A stretch of 64,000 bases of DNA from Flavobacteriaceae bacterium (lineage in GTDB: Bacteria; Bacteroidota; Bacteroidia; Flavobacteriales; Flavobacteriaceae). Below the pieces are notes generated by a model. That model saw nothing but the letters and a program-made list of their open reading frames with translations. It searched no databases and was not told where the DNA came from. The stretch is from contig JASFYP010000022.1 of assembly GCA_045047075.1 (NCBI GenBank), forward strand, positions 23,654 through 87,653, given 5' to 3'. The stretch's first letter is position 1. Each line of letters opens with the position of its first letter. A program made the position numbers and the translations under genes. Below, in pieces: positions 29,739 to 39,867 of the stretch.

Positions 29739-30632
29739 ATGGTAGTACATTTTTTAAAGTTGATACGTTGGCAGAATTTAAGCATGCTTATAATTGTTCA
29801 ACTACTCTTTAAATATGTACTCTTCAAAAACTACCAAATTGTTATAAACCTATCAAATTTTGATTTTACATTATTAGTATTGGCCATTATATTTATTGCC
29901 GCTGGAGGGAATGTAATCAATGATTTCTTTGATATTGAAACTGACAATATTAACAAACCAACCAAAGTTATAGTTGGTACAGTTTTTAGTCAGTATAAAG
30001 CAAAATTACTTTATATAATTTTAACGATATCAGGAATTATATTTGGAGCTTATCTGAGTTGCAGTAAACAACTCCCCTATTTATCAATTATTTTTATAGC
30101 AATTACTGGCTTGCTTTTTTTGTATTCAAACTACCTCAAAAGAATTGCTCTGATAGGGAATATCCTTGTTTCCTTACTCATAGGATTTAGTATTCTTTTA
30201 TTAGGAGTGTTTGATGTATTCCCAAATAGTGGCAATCCAGACAATGCCCTTGTTTTAAAAGTGATGTTTGTTTATGTTACTTTTGCCTTTGGACTTAATT
30301 TTATCAGAGAAATAATTAAGGATATTGAAGATATGGATGGAGATTATACTGTGGGTTTGAAAACATTACCCATTATTTTTGGCAAAAAAAGAGCGCAAAA
30401 TTGTACTTTGTTTTTAAGTAGCTGTTTTGCTTTTACTTTAATTTTTACAATTACTTTCTATCGATATTTAAGTGATTTTCTTTTAGGCTATGGATTTCTT
30501 TTTGTTGTCTTTCCGCTACTCTATTTTTGTTATCAACTGTATTATGCAAACACAAAACAAGACTTTAAAAAGTTGAGTTCTTTATTAAAGCTAATTATGA
30601 TTTCTGGTATGCTATCAATCTTTATAATTTAA
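29739..30632 (+). CDS. UbiA-family prenyltransferase (DGGGP synthase-like)
   Basis: LIRWQNL, GNVINDFFDIETD.INKP, REIIKDIEDMDGD, TLPI..G. Confidence 0.85.
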   Translation: MVVHFLKLIRWQNLSMLIIVQLLFKYVLFKNYQIVINLSNFDFTLLVLAIIFIAAGGNVINDFFDIETDNINKPTKVIVGTVFSQYKAKLLYIILTISGIIFGAYLSCSKQLPYLSIIFIAITGLLFLYSNYLKRIALIGNILVSLLIGFSILLLGVFDVFPNSGNPDNALVLKVMFVYVTFAFGLNFIREIIKDIEDMDGDYTVGLKTLPIIFGKKRAQNCTLFLSSCFAFTLIFTITFYRYLSDFLLGYGFLFVVFPLLYFCYQLYYANTKQDFKKLSSLLKLIMISGMLSIFII

Positions 30633-30636
30633 ACGT

Positions 30637-31215
30637 ATGTTAAAAGAAAAATTAAAAAATTACAATATCATTCTTGCTTCAGGATCACCAAGAAGGCAAC
30701 AATTTTTAAAAGACTTAGATCTCGATTTTACAATTCAATTAAAAGAAGTTGAAGAAGTGTATCCACCCCATTTAAAAGAAACAGAAATTACAGATTATTT
30801 GGCTGAGCTTAAATCGAGTTCATTTACCAACTTAAATAAAAATGACATTCTCATTACCTCTGATACCATTGTTTGGCTAGATAACAAAGCCATTGGCAAA
30901 CCAAAAGATAAACAAGATGCAATTGCAATTTTTAAAGAAATGTCTGGAAAAAAGCATCAAGTATTTACTTCAATTTGCCTTAAAACAGCAACTGAAATCA
31001 GAATTGTCAATGATACCACAGATGTTTATTTTAAAGATTTATCCATCGATGAAATCAATTACTACCTAGATAATTTTCAGTCTTATGACAAAGCAGGAGG
31101 GTATGGAATTCAAGATTGGATTGGGCTTATCGGTGTCGAAAAAATTGATGGAAGTTATTTTAATGTCATGGGATTACCTGTTCATAAATTATATGCAGAA
31201 TTGTTAAAATTTTAG
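30637..31215 (+). CDS. maf: Maf nucleoside-triphosphate pyrophosphatase
   Basis: LASGSPRR, DTIV, KP, DKAGGYGIQ, NVMGLP. Confidence 0.95.
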   Translation: MLKEKLKNYNIILASGSPRRQQFLKDLDLDFTIQLKEVEEVYPPHLKETEITDYLAELKSSSFTNLNKNDILITSDTIVWLDNKAIGKPKDKQDAIAIFKEMSGKKHQVFTSICLKTATEIRIVNDTTDVYFKDLSIDEINYYLDNFQSYDKAGGYGIQDWIGLIGVEKIDGSYFNVMGLPVHKLYAELLKF

Positions 31216-31272
31216 GCTTCATATTATTTCAAAAAGATTATTTTTGCGAATGCACAACGTTATTTTATACAA

Positions 31273-32232
31273 ATGAAAAAATACACTTTTACCGAGAAAA
31301 AAGATACCCGTTCAGGATTTGGAGACGGACTTACAATTTTAGGTCGTACCAACCCAGATGTCGTTGCACTTTGCGCCGATTTAATTGGATCTTTAAAAAT
31401 GCAAACATTTATTGATGAAAACCCAAAACGTTTTTTTCAAGTAGGTATAGCCGAAGCTAATATGATGTGTATTGCAGCTGGCTTAACCATTGGTGGTAAG
31501 ATTCCGTTTACCGGAACTTTTGCAAATTTCTCAACTGGTAGAGTGTATGATCAAATTCGTCAATCTATTGCATACTCTGGTAAAAATGTAAAAATTTGTG
31601 CATCGCATGCTGGATTAACTTTGGGAGAAGATGGTGCAACACATCAAATATTAGAAGACATTGGTTTGATGAAAATGTTACCTGGTATGGTTGTAATCAA
31701 TCCTTGTGATTACAACCAAACAAAAGCTGCAACTATTGCTATTGCAAAATATGAAGGTCCAGTTTATTTAAGATTTGGCCGTCCGTCAGTGCCAATTTTT
31801 ATGCCTGATTATAAAGACGAAGAATTTGTAATTGGTAAAGCAATTCAATTAACCGAAGGTACAGATGTTACCATTGTAGCAACGGGTCATTTGGTTTGGG
31901 AAGCTTTGCAAGCATCTGAGCAATTAGAAGCAAAAGGTATTAGTGTCGAAGTGATTAATATCCATACAATAAAACCTTTAGATGAAGAAGCTATCTTAAA
32001 ATCAGTTGCTAAAACGGGTTGTATCGTTACAGCAGAAGAGCATAATATTTTTGGCGGATTAGGAGAAAGTGTTGCAAGAACTTTAGCAATGAACAATCCA
32101 ATTCCTCAAGAGTTTGTAGCCGTTAATGATAGTTTTGGAGAATCTGGAACTCCAGCTCAGCTAATGGAAAAATACGGTTTGGATGCATCAGCAGTTGTAA
32201 AAGCTGTAGAAAAAGTAATCGCTAGAAAATAA
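31273..32232 (+). CDS. Transketolase C-terminal subunit (pyrimidine-binding and C-terminal domains)
   Basis: LCADL.GS, GIAEANM, GEDGATHQ, Y.RFGRP, TIKPLD, EEH. Confidence 0.92.
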   Translation: MKKYTFTEKKDTRSGFGDGLTILGRTNPDVVALCADLIGSLKMQTFIDENPKRFFQVGIAEANMMCIAAGLTIGGKIPFTGTFANFSTGRVYDQIRQSIAYSGKNVKICASHAGLTLGEDGATHQILEDIGLMKMLPGMVVINPCDYNQTKAATIAIAKYEGPVYLRFGRPSVPIFMPDYKDEEFVIGKAIQLTEGTDVTIVATGHLVWEALQASEQLEAKGISVEVINIHTIKPLDEEAILKSVAKTGCIVTAEEHNIFGGLGESVARTLAMNNPIPQEFVAVNDSFGESGTPAQLMEKYGLDASAVVKAVEKVIARK

Positions 32233-32310
32233 GCCACTCTTTTTATCGTTCTCATATAAATAAACTATTACTAGGTCAATTTTTGATTTAGTATTAAACC
32301 CTTACTTATT

Positions 32311-32898
32311 ATGAAAAAATTGATTGTATTCGCACTTCTTCTTATTGGAGCGCAACTAACTAGTAATGCCCAACTTTTTGATTGGGGAATTAAAGGAGGA
32401 TTAAACTACAATAGCAATGGTGATATTGTTGATGAAACTGGTGATATTATTGCTGACCCTGAAGCTAATGCTGGTTTTCATTTTGGATTTTTTGCAAAAA
32501 CTAAAGGTAGAATTTATGTGCGTCCAGAATTGGTTTATACACAAACTAATAGCACTTATAAAGGTGAAGCTAAAAGCTCAAAATTGACCATTAAAAAAAT
32601 TGATGCTCCTATATTACTTGGTCTAAAAATAATTGGTCCATTACATGCCGTTATTGGACCTTCGTTTCAATATATAATTGATACCGATTTAAAAGATGCA
32701 AATTTTAAAGATATAGAAAACAATTTTACAGTTGGTGGTACAGTTGGTCTTACTGTTCAACTAGGTAAACTCGGGATTGATGCTAGATATGAACGTGGAT
32801 TTAGCAACAACGAAGCAAAATTCATAGGTGATATCCTTGAAGGCAGAGTTGATACTAGACCAAGTCAGTTAATTTTGAGTGCTTCGTTTAGATTCTAA
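32311..32898 (+). CDS. Outer-membrane beta-barrel protein
   Basis: Signal peptide, G.KGG.N, RPELVY, D.RYERG, C-terminal Phe. Confidence 0.8.
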   Translation: MKKLIVFALLLIGAQLTSNAQLFDWGIKGGLNYNSNGDIVDETGDIIADPEANAGFHFGFFAKTKGRIYVRPELVYTQTNSTYKGEAKSSKLTIKKIDAPILLGLKIIGPLHAVIGPSFQYIIDTDLKDANFKDIENNFTVGGTVGLTVQLGKLGIDARYERGFSNNEAKFIGDILEGRVDTRPSQLILSASFRF

Positions 32899-32917
32899 AC
32901 CAACAAAAAGATTCCAT

Positions 32918-32946
32918 AAAAAAAACCACTCTTTGAGTGGTTTTTT
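32918..32946. terminator. Bidirectional intrinsic terminator
   Basis: A8-ccactc-ttt-gagtgg-T6 between convergent genes. Confidence 0.85.
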
Positions 32947-32968
32947 GTTCTTATAAACATACTTGATA

Positions 32969-33799
32969 TTAGCTATCGCTATCTAAATAATCTGGAATTC
33001 CATCTCCATCTGTATCATCGTTGGTTGGGTCGCCATCACCATTAGCATCTTCGTCTTTAGTTAGGATACCATCATTATCATCATCGGAATCAACATAATT
33101 TGGTAAAAAATCACCATCTGTATCATCATTCGTCACATCACCATCACCGTCTAAATCTTCATCATTAGATAAAATAGTATCTTCATCATGATCAGCAGGA
33201 ACTGAAAAATGTAAATTAACAGTAAACACTATTGGTGTTCCAGCAGGAATTGCAGCGCTACCTGGGCCATATGCCAAACCAGATGGAATGAATAAAAATC
33301 CTTTGCCAATATTTTCAAATTCCAATGGCATCTCTGGCAATGAAATATTTTCACCACATTTAAAATGTGTAAATCCGTAAGACCATCCTTTGATTACTCC
33401 CGTTAAATTAAACCAAGGGTTTCCTGTTTGAATTGATTCCCGCTCATCAAAAACCCCTCCTTCTAAAAATTCGCCTCTATAGGTTGTTAAAACATCATCT
33501 ACTTCTGACGGTTGGTAACCAACACCTTGCTCACTAACTATATAATACAAATTATAAGTAACGTCATTTTCAACAATTACTTGAGTTTGAACATTATTAT
33601 AAAAGGGTATCTCTCCATTAGTTACCGAATCAATTGAATCCAAAGTTTCATTGTAATAATGTGTCTCCATATATTCTATCAAATCAATATCATCAATTAT
33701 TGCTTGTCCTTCAAAATCATAAGGTGTAAAATTATCTTCATTACACGAAAAAACCGCAATCAATAAAAGACTAAATAATACGAGAATTCTTGTTTTCAT
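32969..33799 (-). CDS. FKBP-type peptidyl-prolyl isomerase lipoprotein with acidic TSP3-like Ca-binding tail
   Basis: Lipobox VFSC, Y.G....[16 protein letters not shown]; tail of DxDxDG repeats. Confidence 0.88.
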   Translation of the reverse strand: MKTRILVLFSLLLIAVFSCNEDNFTPYDFEGQAIIDDIDLIEYMETHYYNETLDSIDSVTNGEIPFYNNVQTQVIVENDVTYNLYYIVSEQGVGYQPSEVDDVLTTYRGEFLEGGVFDERESIQTGNPWFNLTGVIKGWSYGFTHFKCGENISLPEMPLEFENIGKGFLFIPSGLAYGPGSAAIPAGTPIVFTVNLHFSVPADHDEDTILSNDEDLDGDGDVTNDDTDGDFLPNYVDSDDDNDGILTKDEDANGDGDPTNDDTDGDGIPDYLDSDS

Positions 33800-33877
33800 T
33801 ATTTCATTTTATTTAAGTGCGCAAGATACAATTTTCATATCTTTGTTCAAGCCAAATAGTTAATTTTAACTTTTTTT

Positions 33878-34243
33878 ATGAGAATAGATAAATATTTGTG
33901 GTGCATCCGTATTTTTAAGACTCGGAGTATCGCTACCGAAGCTTGTAAAAAAGGGCATGTAAAAATAAATGGAGCTTCTATTAAACCATCTAAAGAAGTT
34001 TTTAATAATGAACTATTAGTTATTAGAAAAAATCAAATCAATTATGAAATTGTTGTTTTAGATTTACCTAAAAGTCGTGTGGGAGCTAAATTAGTTGACT
34101 TATACAGAAAAGATGTGACGCCCAAAGAAGCTTTTGAAAGTCAAGATTTATTGAAATTTTCTAAAGATTATTATCGTAAAAAAGGGAGTGGTAGGCCTAC
34201 AAAAAAAGATAGAAGAGATATTGATAATTACTCAGAAGAATAA
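33878..34243 (+). CDS. S4-domain RNA-binding protein (Hsp15-like)
   Basis: MRIDKYLW..R.FKTRS.A, GRPTKKDRR. Confidence 0.92.
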   Translation: MRIDKYLWCIRIFKTRSIATEACKKGHVKINGASIKPSKEVFNNELLVIRKNQINYEIVVLDLPKSRVGAKLVDLYRKDVTPKEAFESQDLLKFSKDYYRKKGSGRPTKKDRRDIDNYSEE

Positions 34244-34246
34244 ACT

Positions 34247-34744
34247 ATGTCAAATACAGTAATACTTACAAACGAGCAAATCAATCATAAAATTAAGCGT
34301 ATTGCCTATCAAATTTTAGAGGTAAATGCAAAAGAAAAAGAAATTATTTTGGCAGGAATCTCCACTAATGGATTTTTATTGGCAAACAAATTAAAGTTTG
34401 TTTTAAATGAAATTTCTGAAGTTGAAATTATTTTATGCGAAGTCATTATTGATAAAAAGCACCCTTTAAAAGAAATCAAAACCTCCATACCATCTGATAC
34501 GTATAAAAACAAATCACTTGTTTTAGTTGATGATGTATTAAGTTCTGGAACAACTTTAATGTATGGCATTAAACATTTTTTAGATGTTCCGCTAAAGCGA
34601 TTTAAGACTGCAGTTTTAGTCAATAGAAATCATAAAAAATATCCTGTAAAAGCTGATTTTAAAGGCATTTCATTGTCAACTACTTCACAGGATAATATCA
34701 CAGTAGAGTTTAAAAAGAGCACAGTAATAGCCTATTTAGACTAA
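34247..34744 (+). CDS. Phosphoribosyltransferase (PyrR-like)
   Basis: RIAYQI.E, VLVDDVL.SG.TL, P..ADF.G. Confidence 0.88.
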   Translation: MSNTVILTNEQINHKIKRIAYQILEVNAKEKEIILAGISTNGFLLANKLKFVLNEISEVEIILCEVIIDKKHPLKEIKTSIPSDTYKNKSLVLVDDVLSSGTTLMYGIKHFLDVPLKRFKTAVLVNRNHKKYPVKADFKGISLSTTSQDNITVEFKKSTVIAYLD

Positions 34745-35248
34745 AATATTTTTTATTTGCTTTACAATTTCTTCAATAGTTAAACCATCAGTTTGAATGC
34801 TATTTTGGGATAGTATATAAAACGGTGTACGTTCAAATAAATGCTTTCCTATAAATTCAGGTAATTTTTCATCACTTATTTTTGTAACTAACGGACGAGA
34901 AATTTTTCCGATTTTTAATCTTTCACACAATGTATTTATTGAAGCTTTTAAAAATACCGATTGAGACAAGGTATTTATCATTTCCATATTTTTACCATAA
35001 CAAGGAGTCCCACCACCAACCGAAAGCACAAAACTGTTATTAGAATTTAGTAGCTCTGATAAACATTCCGTTTCTTTTAATCTAAAATATATCTCTCCTT
35101 TTTCTTTAAAAATTGTTGGAATCGATTTTCCTTCTTTCGTTTCGATATAAGCATCTAAATCAATAAAATCAAGAGATGATTCTTTCGCTAACAATTTTCC
35201 AACTGCCGATTTACCACTTGCCATATACCCAATTAAAACAACTTTCAT
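34736..35248 (-). CDS. aroK: Shikimate kinase
   Basis: GYMASGKS, DLD..IE, GE.YFR..E, GGGTP, RPL. Confidence 0.95.
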   Translation of the reverse strand: MKVVLIGYMASGKSAVGKLLAKESSLDFIDLDAYIETKEGKSIPTIFKEKGEIYFRLKETECLSELLNSNNSFVLSVGGGTPCYGKNMEMINTLSQSVFLKASINTLCERLKIGKISRPLVTKISDEKLPEFIGKHLFERTPFYILSQNSIQTDGLTIEEIVKQIKNILV

Positions 35249-35355
35249 TCTTTAAAATTTATAAAAGGCAAATATCGAATAAAAATTTATAAAATTTGGT
35301 TTGAGTTCTTAATAATTGATAGTATATTTGCACTCGCTAAAAGAGAAAAAGGAAC

Positions 35356-35428
35356 GACTTGGTAGCTCAGTTGGTAGAGCACCTCCCTTTTAAGGAGGTG
35401 GTCCTGGGTTCGAGCCCCAGCCAAGTCA
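35356..35428 (+). tRNA. tRNA-Lys (anticodon TTT)
   Basis: Acceptor gacttgg/ccaagtc, D arm tagctcagttggtagagc, anticodon stem cctcc/ggagg with loop cttttaa, T loop ggttcga; promoter TATATTTG at 35323-35330. Confidence 0.97.
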
Positions 35429-35467
35429 CAAAAAAGTTAAGCTTAATGCTTGACTTTTTTAGTTTAA

Positions 35468-35551
35468 GCGCGTATGGCGGAATTGGTAGACGCGCAAGCT
35501 TGAGGGGTTTGTGTCCACTAGGACGTGCTGGTTCGACTCCAGTTACGCGCA
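35468..35551 (+). tRNA. tRNA-Leu (anticodon GAG)
   Basis: Acceptor gcgcgta/tacgcgc, tggcggaattggtagacgc, anticodon loop ttgaggg, long variable arm, ggttcga. Confidence 0.96.
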
Positions 35552-35552
35552 C

Positions 35553-35585
35553 AAAAATCTATCATTTTTAATGGTAGATTTTTTT
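35553..35585 (+). terminator. Terminator after the tRNA pair
   Basis: aaaaatctatcat / atggtagattttt stem plus T tract. Confidence 0.7.
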
Positions 35586-35636
35586 CTTTTCACAAGACTT
35601 TAACGAATCTTATCAATATTATTATTATCATTGCAT

Positions 35637-36464
35637 ATGCTTAAAAAAATACTCCTTTCAACATTTTTATTTGTCAGTATTTATAGTTTTTCTCAAGAAG
35701 AAACTAAAACAGATTCCGTACAAATAGATCCAACAAGAATTATGGAATTAAAAGGGCAAATTGTAAATGGTTTTGATAAAAAACCATTGGCAGGTGCGCA
35801 CATTTTTAATATGAATTCTGTTAGAGGTAGTGTTACAAATAACGATGGTACTTTTAGTATTCCTACTAAAGTGAATGACACAATTTTCTTATCATATTTA
35901 GGGTTTCAATCTGTAAAGATTAAAATCACTAATGATTTACTGAAAGGAAATGAGTTAGAAATTTCTTTATATCAACGCTCTGAAAAATTAGCCGAAGTAA
36001 ATGTAAAATCTACTACCTTAGTTGGAGTTTTAGAAATTGATGCTAAGAATGTACCTAAAGATAAATTTACACGAATCCATATCAACGGGCTTCCACAGAC
36101 ATATGAAGTAGGAACACCGAGAAAGAAAACCTACTCATCACCAGTTGATGCTGTCTTTCATCCTATTGATTTTGTTTATAATCTTTTCGGTAAAAATCCG
36201 AAGCAACTTAAAAAGTTGAAAAAGATGAAAGATCAAAATGAGATTCGTGAAATGCTGAATGATAAAGTTGATAGAGAATTAATGCTCGAATATTTAGAAT
36301 TGAGTAGAGCCGAATTTGATGAGCTTTTAGACAACTGTAACTATTCAGATTATTTCATTCAAACTGCTAGTGATGTTCAAGTGCTAGAAGCATTTTTAGA
36401 ATGTTACGAAAGTTATAATGCCGTTAAACAAGGAAGTACAAAAAAGAAAAATGAAAAGAATTAG
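35637..36464 (+). CDS. Carboxypeptidase-like regulatory domain protein (exported)
   Basis: Signal peptide, G.I....KPL.GAHI.N, T..DG.F.I, DT..LSYLGF, L.EV.V. Confidence 0.82.
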   Translation: MLKKILLSTFLFVSIYSFSQEETKTDSVQIDPTRIMELKGQIVNGFDKKPLAGAHIFNMNSVRGSVTNNDGTFSIPTKVNDTIFLSYLGFQSVKIKITNDLLKGNELEISLYQRSEKLAEVNVKSTTLVGVLEIDAKNVPKDKFTRIHINGLPQTYEVGTPRKKTYSSPVDAVFHPIDFVYNLFGKNPKQLKKLKKMKDQNEIREMLNDKVDRELMLEYLELSRAEFDELLDNCNYSDYFIQTASDVQVLEAFLECYESYNAVKQGSTKKKNEKN

Positions 36465-36936
36465 TAAAGTGTCTTTTTTAGTTTTATTTCTTTTTTTTGC
36501 TTTAATCAGCAATACCTATTCTCAAGAAACTGATCCTGAATTACTAGAGTTAATTACAGACACCAAAGCTAAAATGAAAGCATTGGGTTATAAATTTATT
36601 GAACAAGTTCAAGGAGAAACATCTGCAGAAAATATTTTAGAATTTAAGCAACAAAAATTTGTATATGGATATTCATATATGGCTATTTCATTTTTTAAAA
36701 AATGTCAAAGCTGTCATTTATCTGTTGAGTTTTGGAATACACAAACAAAATCAAAAGAATTGTTAAGTGTAGAAACTATTTTTAATGAGAGCTCTTACAA
36801 CACAAGCGAATGTAGAATTAACGACAGGTACAATACTTTTTTTTATACTGATCATTCTGACAAAAGGGGAAAACTCTATATGTACGTCAATGATGAAAGC
36901 CCTCATTATTTAAACTCGCTATTATTTTATAAATAA
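36451..36936 (+). CDS. Hypothetical exported protein
   Basis: ATG 36451 gives a classical signal peptide and overlaps the upstream stop; no family recognised. Confidence 0.7.
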   Translation: MKRISKVSFLVLFLFFALISNTYSQETDPELLELITDTKAKMKALGYKFIEQVQGETSAENILEFKQQKFVYGYSYMAISFFKKCQSCHLSVEFWNTQTKSKELLSVETIFNESSYNTSECRINDRYNTFFYTDHSDKRGKLYMYVNDESPHYLNSLLFYK

Positions 36937-36960
36937 AAAAAGCCGCTCAATGAGCGGCTT
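36935..36960. terminator. Bidirectional terminator
   Basis: aagccgctca / tgagcggctt perfect stem between convergent genes. Confidence 0.8.
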
Positions 36961-36980
36961 AAACTTTTATAAATATTGTT

Positions 36981-37808
36981 TTAGTTATTTCCTAAGATCA
37001 AAGGTAATCCATCTGATCCGCCAACAACTACAACTTTGGTGTTAGGAGATTCTGCTAATTTCAAAGTAGCTTCAATTCCTTTGTCCCTCAAAATCAGGCT
37101 ATTTAACGATGCACTTAAAATTCTATTTGCTTCAGCTTTACCTTCTGCTTCAATAATTTGCTTTTCAGCTTCTTTTTGAGCAGTAATCAATCTAAATTCG
37201 TATTCTAAAGATTCTTGCTCCTGTCCTAATTTACGCTCAATAGCATCTTTAATTGCAGCAGGCAATGTTACATCTCTAACTAAAATTTCTATCAAATCTA
37301 TATATTGATCTTCGACAATTAATTTTGTTTCATCATAAATTTCAGCTTGTATCGCATCTCTCTTACTAGAGTAAATTTGCTCTGGAGTATAGCGACCAAC
37401 AACCGATCTTGTTGCAGAACGCATTGCAGGTTTTAAAACTCTATCTAAATAATTAGCTCCTTTTTCTTGGTGTAACTTCCCTAGATTAATTGCTTGCGGT
37501 CTAAACCAGACAGATGCTTCTAATTGTATGTCTAATCCATTTGATGAAAGTACTTTCATACGTTCAGTCAATTCTTGCTGACGTACTTCATAAACATAAA
37601 CCTTGTTCCAAGGTGCTACAATATGAAACCCTTCTCCCATTGCAGGTTCGTCTGTTACCACACCACCTCCAAATGTTTTATATAAAACTCCGGCTTGTCC
37701 AGAGTCTATAGTTACTGCCGATTTTGTAATGATAATTAATCCGACTATTACGATTGCAATAATGCCTATTAATCCCTTTGGTAATTGTAATTGTTGTTGC
37801 TGTGCCAT
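36981..37808 (-). CDS. SPFH/prohibitin family membrane protein
   Basis: N-terminal TM, G.H...PW, S..GL, R...G.Y, ..VRD..LP, AIE.K. Confidence 0.9.
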   Translation of the reverse strand: MAQQQQLQLPKGLIGIIAIVIVGLIIITKSAVTIDSGQAGVLYKTFGGGVVTDEPAMGEGFHIVAPWNKVYVYEVRQQELTERMKVLSSNGLDIQLEASVWFRPQAINLGKLHQEKGANYLDRVLKPAMRSATRSVVGRYTPEQIYSSKRDAIQAEIYDETKLIVEDQYIDLIEILVRDVTLPAAIKDAIERKLGQEQESLEYEFRLITAQKEAEKQIIEAEGKAEANRILSASLNSLILRDKGIEATLKLAESPNTKVVVVGGSDGLPLILGNN

Positions 37809-37822
37809 TTTATTGTTTTGTT

Positions 37823-39847
37823 TTAAATGAATCCGTTATATTTTCGAATAAACCATTCGATGCTCAAAGATACTATAATTAACCCTAATAACCATTTCCA
37901 ATCTATCAATGAATTCAATTTCTTTTCTGATTTTTGAATGGATAAAAATCTAGTATCATCAATTAGATCATTCGATAAATTCAATGTATTATCAAGGTAA
38001 TAAAGTTTGCCATCAGATTTATTTGCAATTGCTGATAATCCCTTTTTATTAGCTGATAAAAATTGTTGCTCTACATCAAAATCAAATACTTTAAATATTC
38101 CTCTAGAAGTAGCATTCTCATTTTCTACTGAAACAGTAAATGAATATTCTCCTGAATCTAATCCTGATAAATCTACCGAATAACTGTTTCCAGCTAATGA
38201 AAAAGGGATCTGCTTAACAATTTTAGTTTCATTGTTTTTTACTGATAGCCACAAAGTAGCATCTCCATCAAATACATAGTTTTTATCTAAATAATTCGCT
38301 AAAATTTTGATAGCCTCATTGTTATAATATATTGGCTCAAATTCAACACTTAGTCTATTTTCTTTTTTTGATGATGTTAAATACTGCATCAAAGTGCCTA
38401 TGAAATTATCATAATCAATGCTTGATTGATTATCTTTTTTAGATACCATTCTCCAGCGCCAACTATTTTCACCAAATAAGACTACACCCCTTTTCTCTCC
38501 GTATTCGTAGGTTGATAATAATGATTTTTCTGTTGTGATACTACCAATTTTTTGAGTCAATAAATTATCAAAGGGAGTATTAAAAATAACATCGCCAAAT
38601 TGATCGGTTAATGGTGGGAAGTTTTCAAAACCAATATCATTGCTCACAAAAGCTCTAAAGACTTGGTTGTAAACTGCTACATAATTTTCTGTTTGTTGAA
38701 TCACATTTTTTGAAAAATTATCTTGCGCGCTATTTAAAAAATTCCAATCTGTTTTTGTGCCAGTAATAATAAAATGATTTGTTTTTTGATGATCCAATTC
38801 TACAAACATATCTTGGAAAGCGCTTGTAGGCTGATACAAAATCACGGATTGATATTTTAATATGTTATAATCGTCACCAATAACTTTAATTGTAACTTTT
38901 CTTTGTTTGTTAGCTTCAATAGCTGATTTCAACGCCCCAACATCAGGATGTAAAAATGAAGTCAATAATAAAATATTTGCTTGCTCATCAATCACCTCTA
39001 CCACAAAATCCTTTTTATTATTCAAACTGTTTTTTTCATTTTCAGCTGTACTCAACTGAGCTGAATAATAATCTACTCCGACTTTATCAGCTGATAAATA
39101 AAAAGAAATATTTTGTGAATTATTTTCTTTAGAGAAATTTACTCGTTTAGCAAACACCTTTTGATTTCCCTTATAAATTGTAAAATTTGAGCTTACTTTT
39201 TTGGTTCCAGAATAATTTAAAAAGATTTCTACAGGAAATTTATTATCTAAATATGCATATTTATTTACGTTTAATCGAGTAATCGAAACATCGGTATATT
39301 GTGTCGTATCACCTACCACAATAGGATAAACAGATTGAGTAATCTTTAAATATTCGTAATTACGACCGTAGGTTTGATTCCCATCAGTAATTAAAATAGT
39401 GGGTGCAATAGTATTTTTATAAACTTCTTTAAACTGTTTGAATGGTTTTGAAATATTGGTTTGAGATTTGTTAAAGTTTAAAGAATCTAAGATTTCAATA
39501 GCATCTCCAAACGAATAATAATCAATATCAAACTTTTCATTCAACGCATCGTTTCCTTTCAAACCTGAGAGAAGTTGCAATATCTTTTCTGTTTCTCCAG
39601 AATTTTTTATTGAAGATGAATTATCTACAGCGACAACCAAAGTTGGTTTTTTTATGGTAATAATTTGCTGCTCAATTTTTGGATTTATCAGTAAGACAAA
39701 AACAGAAAGCAATACTACAAAACGCAAAAAAGTCAGTATATAACTGACTTTCTCTTTGTTCTTTAAATTTCTATAATAGAAAAATATAGCAATTGCTAAA
39801 GAAACAATTACTGCTAATGCTATCAATAAAATAGTTTTAGATTGCAA
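37823..39847 (-). CDS. VWA domain-containing membrane protein
   Basis: N- and C-terminal TM helices, DNSSS MIDAS-like motif, TDG, EW..RK.NG end. Confidence 0.8.
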   Translation of the reverse strand: MQSKTILLIALAVIVSLAIAIFFYYRNLKNKEKVSYILTFLRFVVLLSVFVLLINPKIEQQIITIKKPTLVVAVDNSSSIKNSGETEKILQLLSGLKGNDALNEKFDIDYYSFGDAIEILDSLNFNKSQTNISKPFKQFKEVYKNTIAPTILITDGNQTYGRNYEYLKITQSVYPIVVGDTTQYTDVSITRLNVNKYAYLDNKFPVEIFLNYSGTKKVSSNFTIYKGNQKVFAKRVNFSKENNSQNISFYLSADKVGVDYYSAQLSTAENEKNSLNNKKDFVVEVIDEQANILLLTSFLHPDVGALKSAIEANKQRKVTIKVIGDDYNILKYQSVILYQPTSAFQDMFVELDHQKTNHFIITGTKTDWNFLNSAQDNFSKNVIQQTENYVAVYNQVFRAFVSNDIGFENFPPLTDQFGDVIFNTPFDNLLTQKIGSITTEKSLLSTYEYGEKRGVVLFGENSWRWRMVSKKDNQSSIDYDNFIGTLMQYLTSSKKENRLSVEFEPIYYNNEAIKILANYLDKNYVFDGDATLWLSVKNNETKIVKQIPFSLAGNSYSVDLSGLDSGEYSFTVSVENENATSRGIFKVFDFDVEQQFLSANKKGLSAIANKSDGKLYYLDNTLNLSNDLIDDTRFLSIQKSEKKLNSLIDWKWLLGLIIVSLSIEWFIRKYNGFI

Positions 39848-39867
39848 TACGTTTCGTTTAAACTATA

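Noticed and set aside
33000-33200. Periodic catcat/DxDxDG repeats at the end of the FKBP gene
   Set aside because: Explained by a coding acidic Ca-binding tail; not a CRISPR or DNA repeat array.
34736-34744. Short 3' overlaps of convergent genes (also 42193-42200 and 59965-59981)
   Set aside because: A common feature of compact genomes with no further signal.
35359-35571. ORF-track entries 35359-35571 (+) and 35367-35552 (-)
   Set aside because: They are translations of the two tRNA genes, not proteins.
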